A stretch of 64,000 bases of DNA from Candidatus Nomurabacteria bacterium RIFCSPLOWO2_01_FULL_42_17 (GTDB lineage: Bacteria > Patescibacteriota > Minisyncoccia > Phycocordibacterales > UBA9973), in the NCBI GenBank assembly GCA_001785985.1, contig MFVE01000008.1, positions 8,751 to 72,750 of the forward strand. Direction: 5' to 3'. A model generated the notes under the pieces. It ran no database searches and was not told where the DNA came from. It was given only the letters and a program-made list of their open reading frames with translations. The first letter of the stretch is position 1. Each line of letters starts with the position of its first letter. The position numbers and the translations under genes are program-made. Shown in pieces: positions 1 to 9,342 of this stretch.

Positions 1-62
1 TCGAAAAAATTTCTTTTGAAGGCATGCAGTACAGAAAAGACATCGGCAAATCCGCTCGCTGA
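1..62 (+). CDS. purD: Phosphoribosylamine-glycine ligase, C-terminal fragment (partial)
   Basis: Frame from base 3 reads EKISFEGMQYRKDIGKSAR*, the typical PurD C-terminus; adjacent to the pur cluster. Confidence 0.8.
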   Translation, partial: EKISFEGMQYRKDIGKSAR

Positions 63-126
63 TAATAGCATTATAGCAACGGCCGTATCTATTATGCTAT
101 TACGGTGATTTTTAAGGAAAATGAAA

Positions 127-170
127 AACCCTAACGAATCAGGATTTCTCATCCACCTTTCGTTAGGGTT
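127..170. terminator. Inverted repeat, probable terminator
   Basis: AACCCTAACGAA ... TTCGTTAGGGTT 12-bp arms with T-rich flanks. Confidence 0.55.
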
Positions 171-288
171 ACTTTAATCTTTTTCCACTTACTTTTCTTG
201 TAATGGTTGACAGAATATTGAATATGCCCCAGAAAATCAAAGCGACTATCGCGATGATCAAAAAACTAAGATCTTGTACATTTTTCAT
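169..288 (-). CDS. 39-aa single-TM membrane peptide (not in ORF track)
   Basis: MKNVQDLSFLIIAIVALIFWGIFNILSTITRKVSGKRLK*; TTGCTT-17-TTTAAT promoter (346-318) upstream, hairpin downstream. Confidence 0.6.
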   Translation of the reverse strand: MKNVQDLSFLIIAIVALIFWGIFNILSTITRKVSGKRLK

Positions 289-363
289 TCGAGGTGCTTT
301 CGTTGAGGTTCGCTAACATTAAATAGTATTTAAGCTTAAAAAGCAAGAAATTGAATACCCCCT

Positions 364-1707
364 TTATTTATCCCAATTGAAAAAGTGTTCTCGGTCTGGA
401 CCGGTGCCGACGGAGATGATTTTTACATTAAGGTCAGAAAGTTTATTTTTTATATATTTTAAATATCCAGAGAGTTCTTTGGAAACTTTCTTTTTCTCTC
501 TCACTCCATAATTAGCTTGACCCCAGCCCGGTATTTCTTCAGTGGTCACACTTGTCACCTCAGTTAAATAAAGCGGAAATTCTTTTAGAACTTTTTTATT
601 GTTTTTATATCCAGTGACCACTTTTATTTTATCACTCAGACAAATATCGGCCTTATTGATGAAAATTTTATTGGCGCCAGAGAGACCGATCGCATAACGG
701 AGGGCAAACAGATCCAACCAACCGCACATCCTCGGTCGTCCGGTGGTCGCTCCAAATTCATAGCCAGCATCTTGAAAAGCTTTCTCCAAAGCTTGATCTT
801 GTATTCTGGCTGGAAAGTTTCCACCGCCAACTTTAGTCGTATATGCTTTGATCACGCCATATATATCGCGCAAATATGTGTGAGGCACACCGAGACCGAG
901 GCAGACATTCGCAGGTAGGGTATTACTACTCGTAACATTTGGGTAATCTCCGAAATCCATATCCAGCATCACTGCCTGTGCGCCTTCTGCTAAAATATTT
1001 TTACCCTCGGACAACCTTTTTTGAATTAAAAATGACAAATCGCAAATCTGTAATTTTTTGAGCTCCCTCACAGCCTCGTCCCATTTTTCTTTCGCTTCTT
1101 TTATTTTTCCGAGCCTTTCCGCATTCATTTCAAAAGCATATTTTTCTTCATACATAGATAGAAAATTCGTATGAAATTCCGTCAGAGTTGCTTCTTTTTG
1201 GGCAAACTCTGGAGATAATATATCACCGATCAAGAGAGCTCTGCGAAATCTGACATCGCTATAAGCCGGGCCGATGCCCCTCGAAGTAGTGCCTATTTTC
1301 GTTCCTAATTTATTTCTGCGATATTCATCAGCTTGATCTAGAAAAGGATGCAAATGAGAGACCAGCTTTGCGCGATTGGAAATATAAAGACGTTTTTTAA
1401 TATCAAAACCTAAATTTTTAAGCTCGTTGATTTCTTTAATCAAAGATACAGCATCGACAACAACGCCATTGCCGATATACAGCTCGACATCTTTTTGCAG
1501 ACAGCCCGAAGGTATGATATGCCCTATAAAAGTCATATCTCCAAGTTTGAGAGTATGCCCGGCATTCGCTCCGCCCTGAAAACGCGCCACGCCGGAATAT
1601 TTTCCGTGAGACAAAAGTTCGTCTATGTTTTTTCCCTTACCTTCGTCGCCCCATTGTAGGCCGACAACCACATCAATAAATCCCTGTTTGTTTTTTAGTT
1701 TACTCAT
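364..1707 (-). CDS. purA: Adenylosuccinate synthetase
   Basis: GLQWGDEGKGK, RFQGGANAGHT, EFGATTGRPRMCGWLD motifs. Confidence 0.97.
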   Translation of the reverse strand: MSKLKNKQGFIDVVVGLQWGDEGKGKNIDELLSHGKYSGVARFQGGANAGHTLKLGDMTFIGHIIPSGCLQKDVELYIGNGVVVDAVSLIKEINELKNLGFDIKKRLYISNRAKLVSHLHPFLDQADEYRRNKLGTKIGTTSRGIGPAYSDVRFRRALLIGDILSPEFAQKEATLTEFHTNFLSMYEEKYAFEMNAERLGKIKEAKEKWDEAVRELKKLQICDLSFLIQKRLSEGKNILAEGAQAVMLDMDFGDYPNVTSSNTLPANVCLGLGVPHTYLRDIYGVIKAYTTKVGGGNFPARIQDQALEKAFQDAGYEFGATTGRPRMCGWLDLFALRYAIGLSGANKIFINKADICLSDKIKVVTGYKNNKKVLKEFPLYLTEVTSVTTEEIPGWGQANYGVREKKKVSKELSGYLKYIKNKLSDLNVKIISVGTGPDREHFFNWDK

Positions 1708-1721
1708 AATAAGTACGCGAA

Positions 1722-3212
1722 TTAATTCCCCAGACTGTAATTAGGAGGTTCTTTGGTAATTATAATATCGTGCGGATGACTTTCTTCCATGCCGGATTGC
1801 GTAATTCTGACAAATTTTGCTTTTTTCTGAAAAGTTTGAATATCTTTAGATCCGCAATATCCCATGCCCGCTCGAAGACCTCCGACCAGCTGATAGATCA
1901 CTTCAGAAAGTCCGCCTTTAAAAGCGACACGACCAACGATTCCTTCTGGAACAAGTTTCTTGATGTCATTTTCCATGTCTTGAAAATATCGGTCTTTAGA
2001 ACCTTGATTCATCGCCTCGACAGATCCCATCCCGCGATAAGTTTTATATTTTCTAGCATCTAAAATTATCGTTTCACCCGGCGATTCTTCCACTCCAGCA
2101 AAAAGACTCCCAGCCATGATAGAGCTCGCCCCTGCGGCGATAGCTTTACCGACGTCTCCCGTATATCTGATGCCTCCATCCGCGATCACAGGAACACCGG
2201 AGGCCTTAATCGCTTGCGCTACTTCATAGACAGCAGAAAATTGAGGAAAGCCTACTCCCGCGATCACCCGAGTAGTACAAATTGACCCTGGTCCAATGCC
2301 CACTTTTACCGCATCGGCTCCAGCGGCAACTAAATCTCGAGCTGCTTCCGCAGTAGCGATATTGCCGACGATAACTTCTAATTTTGGAAATTCTTTTTTT
2401 ATGTGGATTAACATTTCGATTACTCCCTTGGAATGTCCATGGGCAGTATCGATGACAATCACGTCGATGCCGTTTTGATCAAGCATTTTGACTCTCTCTA
2501 GGGTATCGGCAGTTATTCCGACCGCGGCGCCCACCCGCAGGCGCCCCAGGCTGTCTCGAGAAGATTTCGGCCGAGACTTTACCTTCATTATATCTTTGAA
2601 AGTAATCAAGCCGATAAGTTTATTTTGCTTGTCCACCAGCGGGAGTTTTTCCACTCTGTGCCTCATCAATATTTTTTCGGCCTCAAATAGATCTGTGCCG
2701 ATACTGCCGGTTATCAAATTTTTCTTGGTCATTATTTCTCCGACCGGCGTGCTCATTTTTTTCTGGAAACGCAGATCGCGATTGGTCAAAATACCCACGA
2801 GCTTCATGTCTTTATCGACGATCGGAATTCCGCCAATTTTATTTTCTTGCATTATTTTGATCGCTTCTTTTACCGATGCTTTTGGTGACAGAGTAATAGG
2901 GTCATGGATCATTCCGGACTCAGAGCGTTTTACTTTGCGTACTTGTTCTGCCTGCTGCGCAATGGTCATATTTTTATGCAAAATTCCGATACCGCCTTCT
3001 TGCGCCATCGCTATCGCCATGGCTGACTCGGTGACAGTGTCCATCGCGGCGGAGATGATCGGAACGCTGATTTTTATTTTTTTAGTTAGATGCGAGGTCG
3101 TATCGACATCTCGCGGCAAGACCTCAGAATATTGTGGCACCAACAAAACATCGTCGTACGTCAAGCCCTCTTGGAAATTCTCTCTGTCTTTCGTTTTTAC
3201 TTTGGAAGCCAT
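1722..3212 (-). CDS. guaB: IMP dehydrogenase
   Basis: [11 protein letters not shown] pair, [11 protein letters not shown] active-site loop. Confidence 0.98.
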   Translation of the reverse strand: MASKVKTKDRENFQEGLTYDDVLLVPQYSEVLPRDVDTTSHLTKKIKISVPIISAAMDTVTESAMAIAMAQEGGIGILHKNMTIAQQAEQVRKVKRSESGMIHDPITLSPKASVKEAIKIMQENKIGGIPIVDKDMKLVGILTNRDLRFQKKMSTPVGEIMTKKNLITGSIGTDLFEAEKILMRHRVEKLPLVDKQNKLIGLITFKDIMKVKSRPKSSRDSLGRLRVGAAVGITADTLERVKMLDQNGIDVIVIDTAHGHSKGVIEMLIHIKKEFPKLEVIVGNIATAEAARDLVAAGADAVKVGIGPGSICTTRVIAGVGFPQFSAVYEVAQAIKASGVPVIADGGIRYTGDVGKAIAAGASSIMAGSLFAGVEESPGETIILDARKYKTYRGMGSVEAMNQGSKDRYFQDMENDIKKLVPEGIVGRVAFKGGLSEVIYQLVGGLRAGMGYCGSKDIQTFQKKAKFVRITQSGMEESHPHDIIITKEPPNYSLGN

Positions 3213-3237
3213 AATATATCGTGTATACTAGCATATT

Positions 3238-4794
3238 ATGGCTGATATACAAATTCTGATCGTAGATTACGGATCGCAATATACTCTGGTTATCGGCAGA
3301 ACTCTGCGCGAACTTGGCGTGCGAAGTGTGATCTTGCCTCCCAAAAAAGTTGATCTGTGGCTGAAAAATAATCACCCGAAAGCCGTCATCCTTTCCGGAA
3401 GCAATTGGAGCGTACACAACGAGGGAGCGCCTGAGGTTCCAAAATCTCTAGATATTACGGGAAAAAAATATTTAATTTTAGGCGTATGTTATGGAATGCA
3501 ACTTCTTGCACACAAGCTCGGCGGCAAAGTCGAGCGGCCACTCTCGCATCGCGAATATGGGCCAGCAGAAGTGATACTGAATACATCACATCCGCTTTTT
3601 AGGGGCGTTAAAGAAAAAACAGATGTTTGGGCAAGTCACGGAGATACAGTTATAAAATTACCAAAGGGTTTTACTAGGGTAGCCACCTCGGCAGGTTGTG
3701 CGGCGATGAGCGATAAAAATAATCGTATCCTAGGAATCCAATTTCATCCGGAAGTCGCTCACACTAAAGAAGGTAAGAAAATATTGCAAAATTTTTTAAA
3801 TATTGCTAACTGCAAAAAAGATTGGAATCCAATTGATCTAATACATCAAATCCAAAACGAAGTCTTGGATATTGTAAATCCAGCAAAAAAACAAAAAGTA
3901 ATCTTGGGAGTTTCGGGCGGGGTAGACTCTACCACTCTCGCAGCCATTTTGGCGCCTGTTTTAAAAGAAAAACTTATCTGTATAGCAATAGATACTGGCG
4001 GACTGCGAGCAGATGAACTTTTTGAATTAAAAGCAAATACTGCGAGCGCTCTAGGAACAAATCAGGGAAAAAATTCTGCAAAAAACTTTGTGATCATAAA
4101 AGCTGGCGATGAATTTATAAAAAATATCAGCGCGACTATCGATGGAGAAGAAAAAAGGGGAAAATTCCGCGAAGTTTATAAAAGAATATTTGAAGAACAA
4201 ATAACAAAATACAGTGCTGGTTTTATTGTGCAAGGAACACTCGCCACCGACATCATCGAGAGCGGAAAAGCCGGGGAGTCGGCCATGATCAAGACGCATC
4301 ACAATGTGGGCCTTTCTTGGGAGGTAGATGATTTACATCCTTTTAGAAATTTATTCAAATACGAAGTCCGCGAACTCGCCCGGGTAATGAAACTCCCCAA
4401 GACGGTGTACGAGAGAAATCCTTTTCCTGGTCCCGGACTTTTCTTGAGAGTCGTTGGCACTCCGGTCACAGCCGAAAAAATAGAACTCGTGCGTGAAGCT
4501 GATAAAACTGTCGCGGGTATTCTAAAAAAACATAATTTAGAAAAAAATATTTCCCAAGTCATCGTCGCACTCCTAGGTATCAACTCTGTCGGAGTAAAAG
4601 GGGACGAAAGAGTTTACGGACATTCTCTAGCTGTCCGAGCTGTAGAGACAGTTGATTTCATGACAGCGAAAGGATTTTATTTTCCATCAGCCGTTGTGGA
4701 AGAGATAACTAGTGCGCTGACAAAACACAAAGACATCGTGCGTGTATTTTTCGATATGACTCCGAAACCCCCAGCCACCACGGAATTTGAGTAG
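3238..4794 (+). CDS. guaA: GMP synthase (glutamine-hydrolysing)
   Basis: DYGSQY, GVCYGMQ, QFHPEV, SGGVDS, PFPGPGL, KPPATTEFE. Confidence 0.97.
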   Translation: MADIQILIVDYGSQYTLVIGRTLRELGVRSVILPPKKVDLWLKNNHPKAVILSGSNWSVHNEGAPEVPKSLDITGKKYLILGVCYGMQLLAHKLGGKVERPLSHREYGPAEVILNTSHPLFRGVKEKTDVWASHGDTVIKLPKGFTRVATSAGCAAMSDKNNRILGIQFHPEVAHTKEGKKILQNFLNIANCKKDWNPIDLIHQIQNEVLDIVNPAKKQKVILGVSGGVDSTTLAAILAPVLKEKLICIAIDTGGLRADELFELKANTASALGTNQGKNSAKNFVIIKAGDEFIKNISATIDGEEKRGKFREVYKRIFEEQITKYSAGFIVQGTLATDIIESGKAGESAMIKTHHNVGLSWEVDDLHPFRNLFKYEVRELARVMKLPKTVYERNPFPGPGLFLRVVGTPVTAEKIELVREADKTVAGILKKHNLEKNISQVIVALLGINSVGVKGDERVYGHSLAVRAVETVDFMTAKGFYFPSAVVEEITSALTKHKDIVRVFFDMTPKPPATTEFE

Positions 4795-4832
4795 AGATAT
4801 TATTGTGTTAGTATTCGTGTATAGAAAAAATT

Positions 4833-6383
4833 ATGAAAAAGAAAATTAATTCGGCGCTGGTTTCAGTTTTCAATAAAGACGGACTTGAGGAAATAGTCAA
4901 ATTGCTGAATAAGCATGATGTAAAAATTATTTCTACGGGCGGGACTGCGGAATTTATTCGCCAATTAAAAACTCCAGCAAAGATTCCAGTGACGGAAGTG
5001 GAAACTATCACGAATTTTCCATCTGTTTTCGGCGGCAGGGTAAAAACTCTTCAACCGCAAATTTTTGGCGGTATTTTAAATCGTCGAGATAATGCTGATG
5101 ATCAAAAAGAAAAAACTAAACACAAAATCGAAGACATCGACTTGGTAATAGTCGATCTCTATCCATTCGAAGAAACGCTCGCGAGCGGCGCGCAAGAGAA
5201 AGAAATTATTGAAAAGATAGATATCGGGGGAATATCTCTCATCCGCGCCGCCGCCAAAAATTTCAATGACGTAGTTGTCATTCCCTCTAAACATCAATAC
5301 AAAGAGCTGGCGCAAATATTAGAACGTGGTAATGAGACCAGTTTAGAAGAACGAAAAAAATTCGCGGGTGATGCATTTGAAATTACGAGTAAGTATGACA
5401 GCGCAATCCGCGGATACTTTCAGGGTACGCCTCTGCGTTACGGCGAGAATCCCCACCAGAAAGCAGAATTTATCGGAAGTTTAGAAGAAAGCTTCACCCA
5501 GCTCCACGGCAAAGAACTTTCTTATAATAATCTCATAGACACCGAGGCGGCTATCATGGCTATCTACGATTTCAAAGATCCCGCTTTTGCCATCATCAAG
5601 CATATGAATGCCTGCGGACTGGCTGTGCGAAGCGAAGGAAACAAAGAGAGTTTGTTTGAAGCCTATGAAGCGGCCTATAATGCTGATCCGATTTCGGCTT
5701 TTGGCGGAATATTGGCGGCCAATAGGATGGTGGATGAAAATATCGCCGCGCTTATCAAAAAACAAAAACTTTTTATTGAAGTCATCATCGCTCCGGACTT
5801 TTCGGAAACTGCGCTGCAAATATTAAAAGAGAAAAAAGATTGCCGAATTTTAAAATGCCTGCCCGCCGATGCCTTCGGCCTCGAGCGATGGCAGGCGGGG
5901 AAAAATCCCATGTTCCCAAATAGACAGATTCGAAGTTGTTTCAATGGTTTACTTGTCCAAGACAGAGACAGCCATGTCGAAAGTGAAGCAGATTTAAAAA
6001 TTGTTACTAAACGCGCACCGACAGAAAAAGAAAAGGCTGATCTGCTCATCGCAGCGGTAGCGACTAAACATTTGAAATCCAATTCCGTAGCCCTAGTAAA
6101 GGGTGGCACGCTCATTGCCATGGGTTGTGGACAAACATCCCGCATCGACGCACTCAAGCAAGCGATCAACAAAGCCCAAAAGTTTGGTTTTTCTTTAAAG
6201 AACGCAGTGCTTTCTTCAGAAGCCTTTTTTCCATTTCCTGATTGCGTGGAACTAGCGGCCCAATCCGGCATCTCGGCCGTAATTCATCCCGGAGGTTCAA
6301 AGAATGATCAAGCGTCTATCGACATGGCGAATAAATACAATATGGCGATGGTCACAACTGGCTTTCGACATTTCAAACACTAA
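4833..6383 (+). CDS. purH: Bifunctional AICAR transformylase/IMP cyclohydrolase, with a 14-codon palindromic insert
   Basis: GGRVKTL, IDIGG, LRYGENPHQ, GFRHFKH. Confidence 0.97.
   Translation: MKKKINSALVSVFNKDGLEEIVKLLNKHDVKIISTGGTAEFIRQLKTPAKIPVTEVETITNFPSVFGGRVKTLQPQIFGGILNRRDNADDQKEKTKHKIEDIDLVIVDLYPFEETLASGAQEKEIIEKIDIGGISLIRAAAKNFNDVVVIPSKHQYKELAQILERGNETSLEERKKFAGDAFEITSKYDSAIRGYFQGTPLRYGENPHQKAEFIGSLEESFTQLHGKELSYNNLIDTEAAIMAIYDFKDPAFAIIKHMNACGLAVRSEGNKESLFEAYEAAYNADPISAFGGILAANRMVDENIAALIKKQKLFIEVIIAPDFSETALQILKEKKDCRILKCLPADAFGLERWQAGKNPMFPNRQIRSCFNGLLVQDRDSHVESEADLKIVTKRAPTEKEKADLLIAAVATKHLKSNSVALVKGGTLIAMGCGQTSRIDALKQAINKAQKFGFSLKNAVLSSEAFFPFPDCVELAAQSGISAVIHPGGSKNDQASIDMANKYNMAMVTTGFRHFKH
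5858..5899 (+). repeat. Family A mini-palindrome, in frame in purH (42 nt)
   Basis: CCTGCCCGC...GCAGGCGGG ends identical to the copies in scpB, grpE and infA; encodes LPADAFGLERWQAG. Confidence 0.85.
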
Positions 6384-6512
6384 TTTTAATTTAGATCGCT
6401 TAATTGCAAAAAATGATTTAAGTGATATTATTTGTATGGCTTCTGTTCTTTATGTAATTCTAAGAATGGAGGTCATAGACACCAAAACCAAGGAGAGAAA
6501 GGGAACGAAAAA

Positions 6513-6668
6513 ATGGAGACTCAAGAAAACCAAAACTCGGAACCGACATCAGATTCGGTTCCATTGGTTCCAGCCCACGAGCTGGCAGATGGGGAAGTGT
6601 TGCTCAGAATGGCTCCTCCATCGGACTTCCAAATGCCTGTAGGCATTAAGTCGTTCGGAGGGGGATAG
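6513..6668 (+). CDS. 51-aa acidic hypothetical protein in its own transcription unit
   Basis: METQENQ...SFGGG*; TTGCAA-16-TATTAT promoter at 6404-6431, purine-rich leader, terminator downstream. Confidence 0.5.
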   Translation: METQENQNSEPTSDSVPLVPAHELADGEVLLRMAPPSDFQMPVGIKSFGGG

Positions 6669-6690
6669 AAATCTCCAAAAGTAGATCAAA

Positions 6691-6730
6691 GGGGTCGACG
6701 GTTCACGCTGTCGACCTCCTTTTTATTTTA
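6691..6730 (+). terminator. Rho-independent terminator
   Basis: GGGGTCGACGG-loop-CTGTCGACCTC followed by a T tract. Confidence 0.75.
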
Positions 6731-6798
6731 TTTCATTTATTTTTGCCGAGTTGTTTTATATTTAAATAATGTTAAGATAATCTTAAGATAAAATTGCA

Positions 6799-7317
6799 AT
6801 GAAAAACCTAAAAATTGGAATAATTATGGGCTCAGATTCGGATCTAGAAGTAATGGCTGAAGCAGCGAAAGTGCTAGAAGAATTTAGCATACCTTACGAG
6901 ATTACTGTCGCTTCTGCGCACCGTTCACCAGAAATTGTACATAAATACGTGACTAGCGCCAAAGACAGAGGACTTAAGATCATCATCGCCGGCGCCGGCG
7001 GAGCGGCGCATCTGGCAGGCGTGGCTGCTTCGCTCACTACCTTGCCAGTAATCGGCATTCCAATGAAAGCAAAAAGTTTAGACGGGCTTGATTCGCTTTT
7101 ATCCACTGTCGGAATGCCCCCGGGAATACCTGTCGCCACTGTTGGAATAAATGCCGGGAAAAATGCGGGAATTTTAGCGGTACAAATACTAGCGACCTCT
7201 GGAAAAGATTTAGAAGATAGATTGATCGCCTACAAAGAGAAAATGAGCGGCGAAGTTGAAGCAAAAGGCAAAAAACTTTTGGAAATTGGATTTAAAAAAT
7301 ACTTGGAAAATAAATAG
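6799..7317 (+). CDS. purE: N5-CAIR mutase
   Basis: IIMGSDSD, SAHRSP, AGAGGAAHL, MPPGIPVATV. Confidence 0.97.
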   Translation: MKNLKIGIIMGSDSDLEVMAEAAKVLEEFSIPYEITVASAHRSPEIVHKYVTSAKDRGLKIIIAGAGGAAHLAGVAASLTTLPVIGIPMKAKSLDGLDSLLSTVGMPPGIPVATVGINAGKNAGILAVQILATSGKDLEDRLIAYKEKMSGEVEAKGKKLLEIGFKKYLENK

Positions 7318-7325
7318 GAATAAAA

Positions 7326-8339
7326 ATGACTAATCTTTACACAAAATCCGGCGTAAATATTAAAAAGGGCGGTGAAGTTGTGAAAAGAATAAAAAAAGAC
7401 GTCGCCTCCACACACACTCCGGCAGTGCTCCAAAATATTGGAGGATTTGGCGGGTTATACGCTCTCTCGGAAATAATAAAAAAATATAAAAATCCTGTTT
7501 TAGTCCAAAGTATCGATGGAGTAGGCACCAAGCTCTCGATAGCAAAAATGCTTAAAAAATATGATACCGTCGGACAAGATATTGTAAACCATTCTTGCAA
7601 TGACATCTTGGCGATGGGCGCTCGACCCCTGACCTTTCTAGATTATGTAGCCAACGAAACTCTGGTTTCAAAAGAAATGCAAGCGATAGTCAGCGGTATG
7701 GCAAAAGCTTGTAGAGAAGCAGGTGTGGCGCTCATCGGCGGTGAAACAGCCGAAATGCCCGGCGTATACATGAAAGGAGAACACGACATTGCTGGTTGTA
7801 TCACTGGAATCGTAGAAAAAGATAAAATCATTACCGGTGAAAAAATAAAAAAGGGCGATATAATTTTAGGTTTTCCTTCAAGTGGACTCCATACGAACGG
7901 TTTTTCTCTAGCGCGTAAACTGCTTTTAAATAAAATGACAAATAAATTGTCAGGTGAAATGATAGCGAAAACTCTGCTGAAAGTTCATATAAATTATTGC
8001 AAGCCCATTTTTTCACTTTTAGACAATGGTATTGATATAAAAGGCATTGCGCATATCACGGGCGGAGGATTTATTGAAAATATTCCGCGTATCTTACCGA
8101 AAAATCTGGATGCAGAAATTAAAAAAGGTTCTTGGCCGATGCTCCCTATCTTTCCCTATATGCAGAAAATTGGTAAAGTATCAGAGATGGAGATGTACAA
8201 GGTTTTCAATATGAGTATTGGATTAGTGATAGTAGTCAAAGAAGAAGAGAGAGAGAAAATTGAAAACATTTTAAAAAATCAAAATATTTTTTGGATTGGC
8301 AAAATTACTAAAGGAAAAGGAAAAACAAAATTAATATGA
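7326..8339 (+). CDS. purM: AIR synthetase
   Basis: DGVGTK, GGETAEMPG, SSGLHTNG, AHITGGG. Confidence 0.97.
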   Translation: MTNLYTKSGVNIKKGGEVVKRIKKDVASTHTPAVLQNIGGFGGLYALSEIIKKYKNPVLVQSIDGVGTKLSIAKMLKKYDTVGQDIVNHSCNDILAMGARPLTFLDYVANETLVSKEMQAIVSGMAKACREAGVALIGGETAEMPGVYMKGEHDIAGCITGIVEKDKIITGEKIKKGDIILGFPSSGLHTNGFSLARKLLLNKMTNKLSGEMIAKTLLKVHINYCKPIFSLLDNGIDIKGIAHITGGGFIENIPRILPKNLDAEIKKGSWPMLPIFPYMQKIGKVSEMEMYKVFNMSIGLVIVVKEEEREKIENILKNQNIFWIGKITKGKGKTKLI

Positions 8340-8407
8340 ATCCCGTTAGAAGTTGACTAATGGGAAGTTAAAAGATAAATTATAAATTTTAAAACTTCTA
8401 ACGGGAT
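8340..8407. mobile_element. 68-nt MITE-like element with 15-bp perfect TIRs
   Basis: ATCCCGTTAGAAGTT ... AACTTCTAACGGGAT; fills the purM-purC gap and its right end forms the purC ATG. Confidence 0.7.
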
Positions 8408-9338
8408 GAATATCCTCAAAGAAACAAATTTTAAAAATCTAGGAGAAAAATACACTGGCAAAGTGCGAGATGTTTATAATCAAGACGATAAAGTTATTTT
8501 GATTTCAACCGACAGATATTCAGCTTTCGATCGTAATCTTGCGCTCATACCTTGTAAAGGCCAAGTGCTGACTCAAATCAGTAAATTTTGGTTCGAGCAG
8601 ACAAAAGATATTGTAAAAAATCATGCTCTGGATTTTCCTGATCCAAACGTAGTCGTAGGAGAGAAATGCACTGTGCTGCCGGTAGAAATGATCGTACGCG
8701 GATATATTACCGGCGTTACTTCGACCGCTCTTTGGGTAAATTATCAAAATGGGCAGAGGGATTTTGGAGATTTTGTTTTACCCGAGGGAATGAAAAAAAA
8801 TCAAAAGTTGGAGAAACCAGTAATTACTCCTACCACCAAATTTGAAGCGCACGACCGACCGCTCACCAGTAAAGTCATTTTGGATGAAAAAATGATAGCG
8901 CCAGAAATTTGGCAAAAAATTTGCGATATAGCTTTAAAACTTTTTACGCGCGGACAAGAGGTCGCGCTCGAAAAAGGATTGATATTGGTAGACACAAAAT
9001 ACGAATTTGGCCTCACAGCTGGTGGAGAAGTGATGCTCATAGACGAGATCCACACGCCAGATTCTTCCCGCTATTGGCAAGCCAATTCATATCAAAAAAG
9101 GATCGCCGAAGGCCTGGAACCAGAGAATTTCGACAAAGAATTTTTACGCTTGTGGTTCAAAGACAACTGCGATCCTTACAAGGACTCGGTGCTACCCGAA
9201 GCGCCAAAAGAAATGGTGCAGGAACTCTCGAGAAGATACATAAAAATATACGAACAAATCACCGGATTGCCTTTCAAGATTGAAGAGGGAAATATTGAGG
9301 AGAGAATAGAAAAAAATTTAGAAAAATATAAAATATAA
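8406..9338 (+). CDS. purC: SAICAR synthetase
   Basis: GKVRDVY, TDRYSAFD, DTKYEFG, DEIHTPDSSRYW. Confidence 0.97.
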   Translation: MNILKETNFKNLGEKYTGKVRDVYNQDDKVILISTDRYSAFDRNLALIPCKGQVLTQISKFWFEQTKDIVKNHALDFPDPNVVVGEKCTVLPVEMIVRGYITGVTSTALWVNYQNGQRDFGDFVLPEGMKKNQKLEKPVITPTTKFEAHDRPLTSKVILDEKMIAPEIWQKICDIALKLFTRGQEVALEKGLILVDTKYEFGLTAGGEVMLIDEIHTPDSSRYWQANSYQKRIAEGLEPENFDKEFLRLWFKDNCDPYKDSVLPEAPKEMVQELSRRYIKIYEQITGLPFKIEEGNIEERIEKNLEKYKI

Positions 9339-9342
9339 AATT

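Noticed and set aside
2488-3231. Long antisense ORFs (also 5675-6271, 17142-17687, 52450-52938, 58601-59122, 61111-61617)
   Set aside because: Shadows of well-conserved genes on the opposite strand with no recognisable motifs
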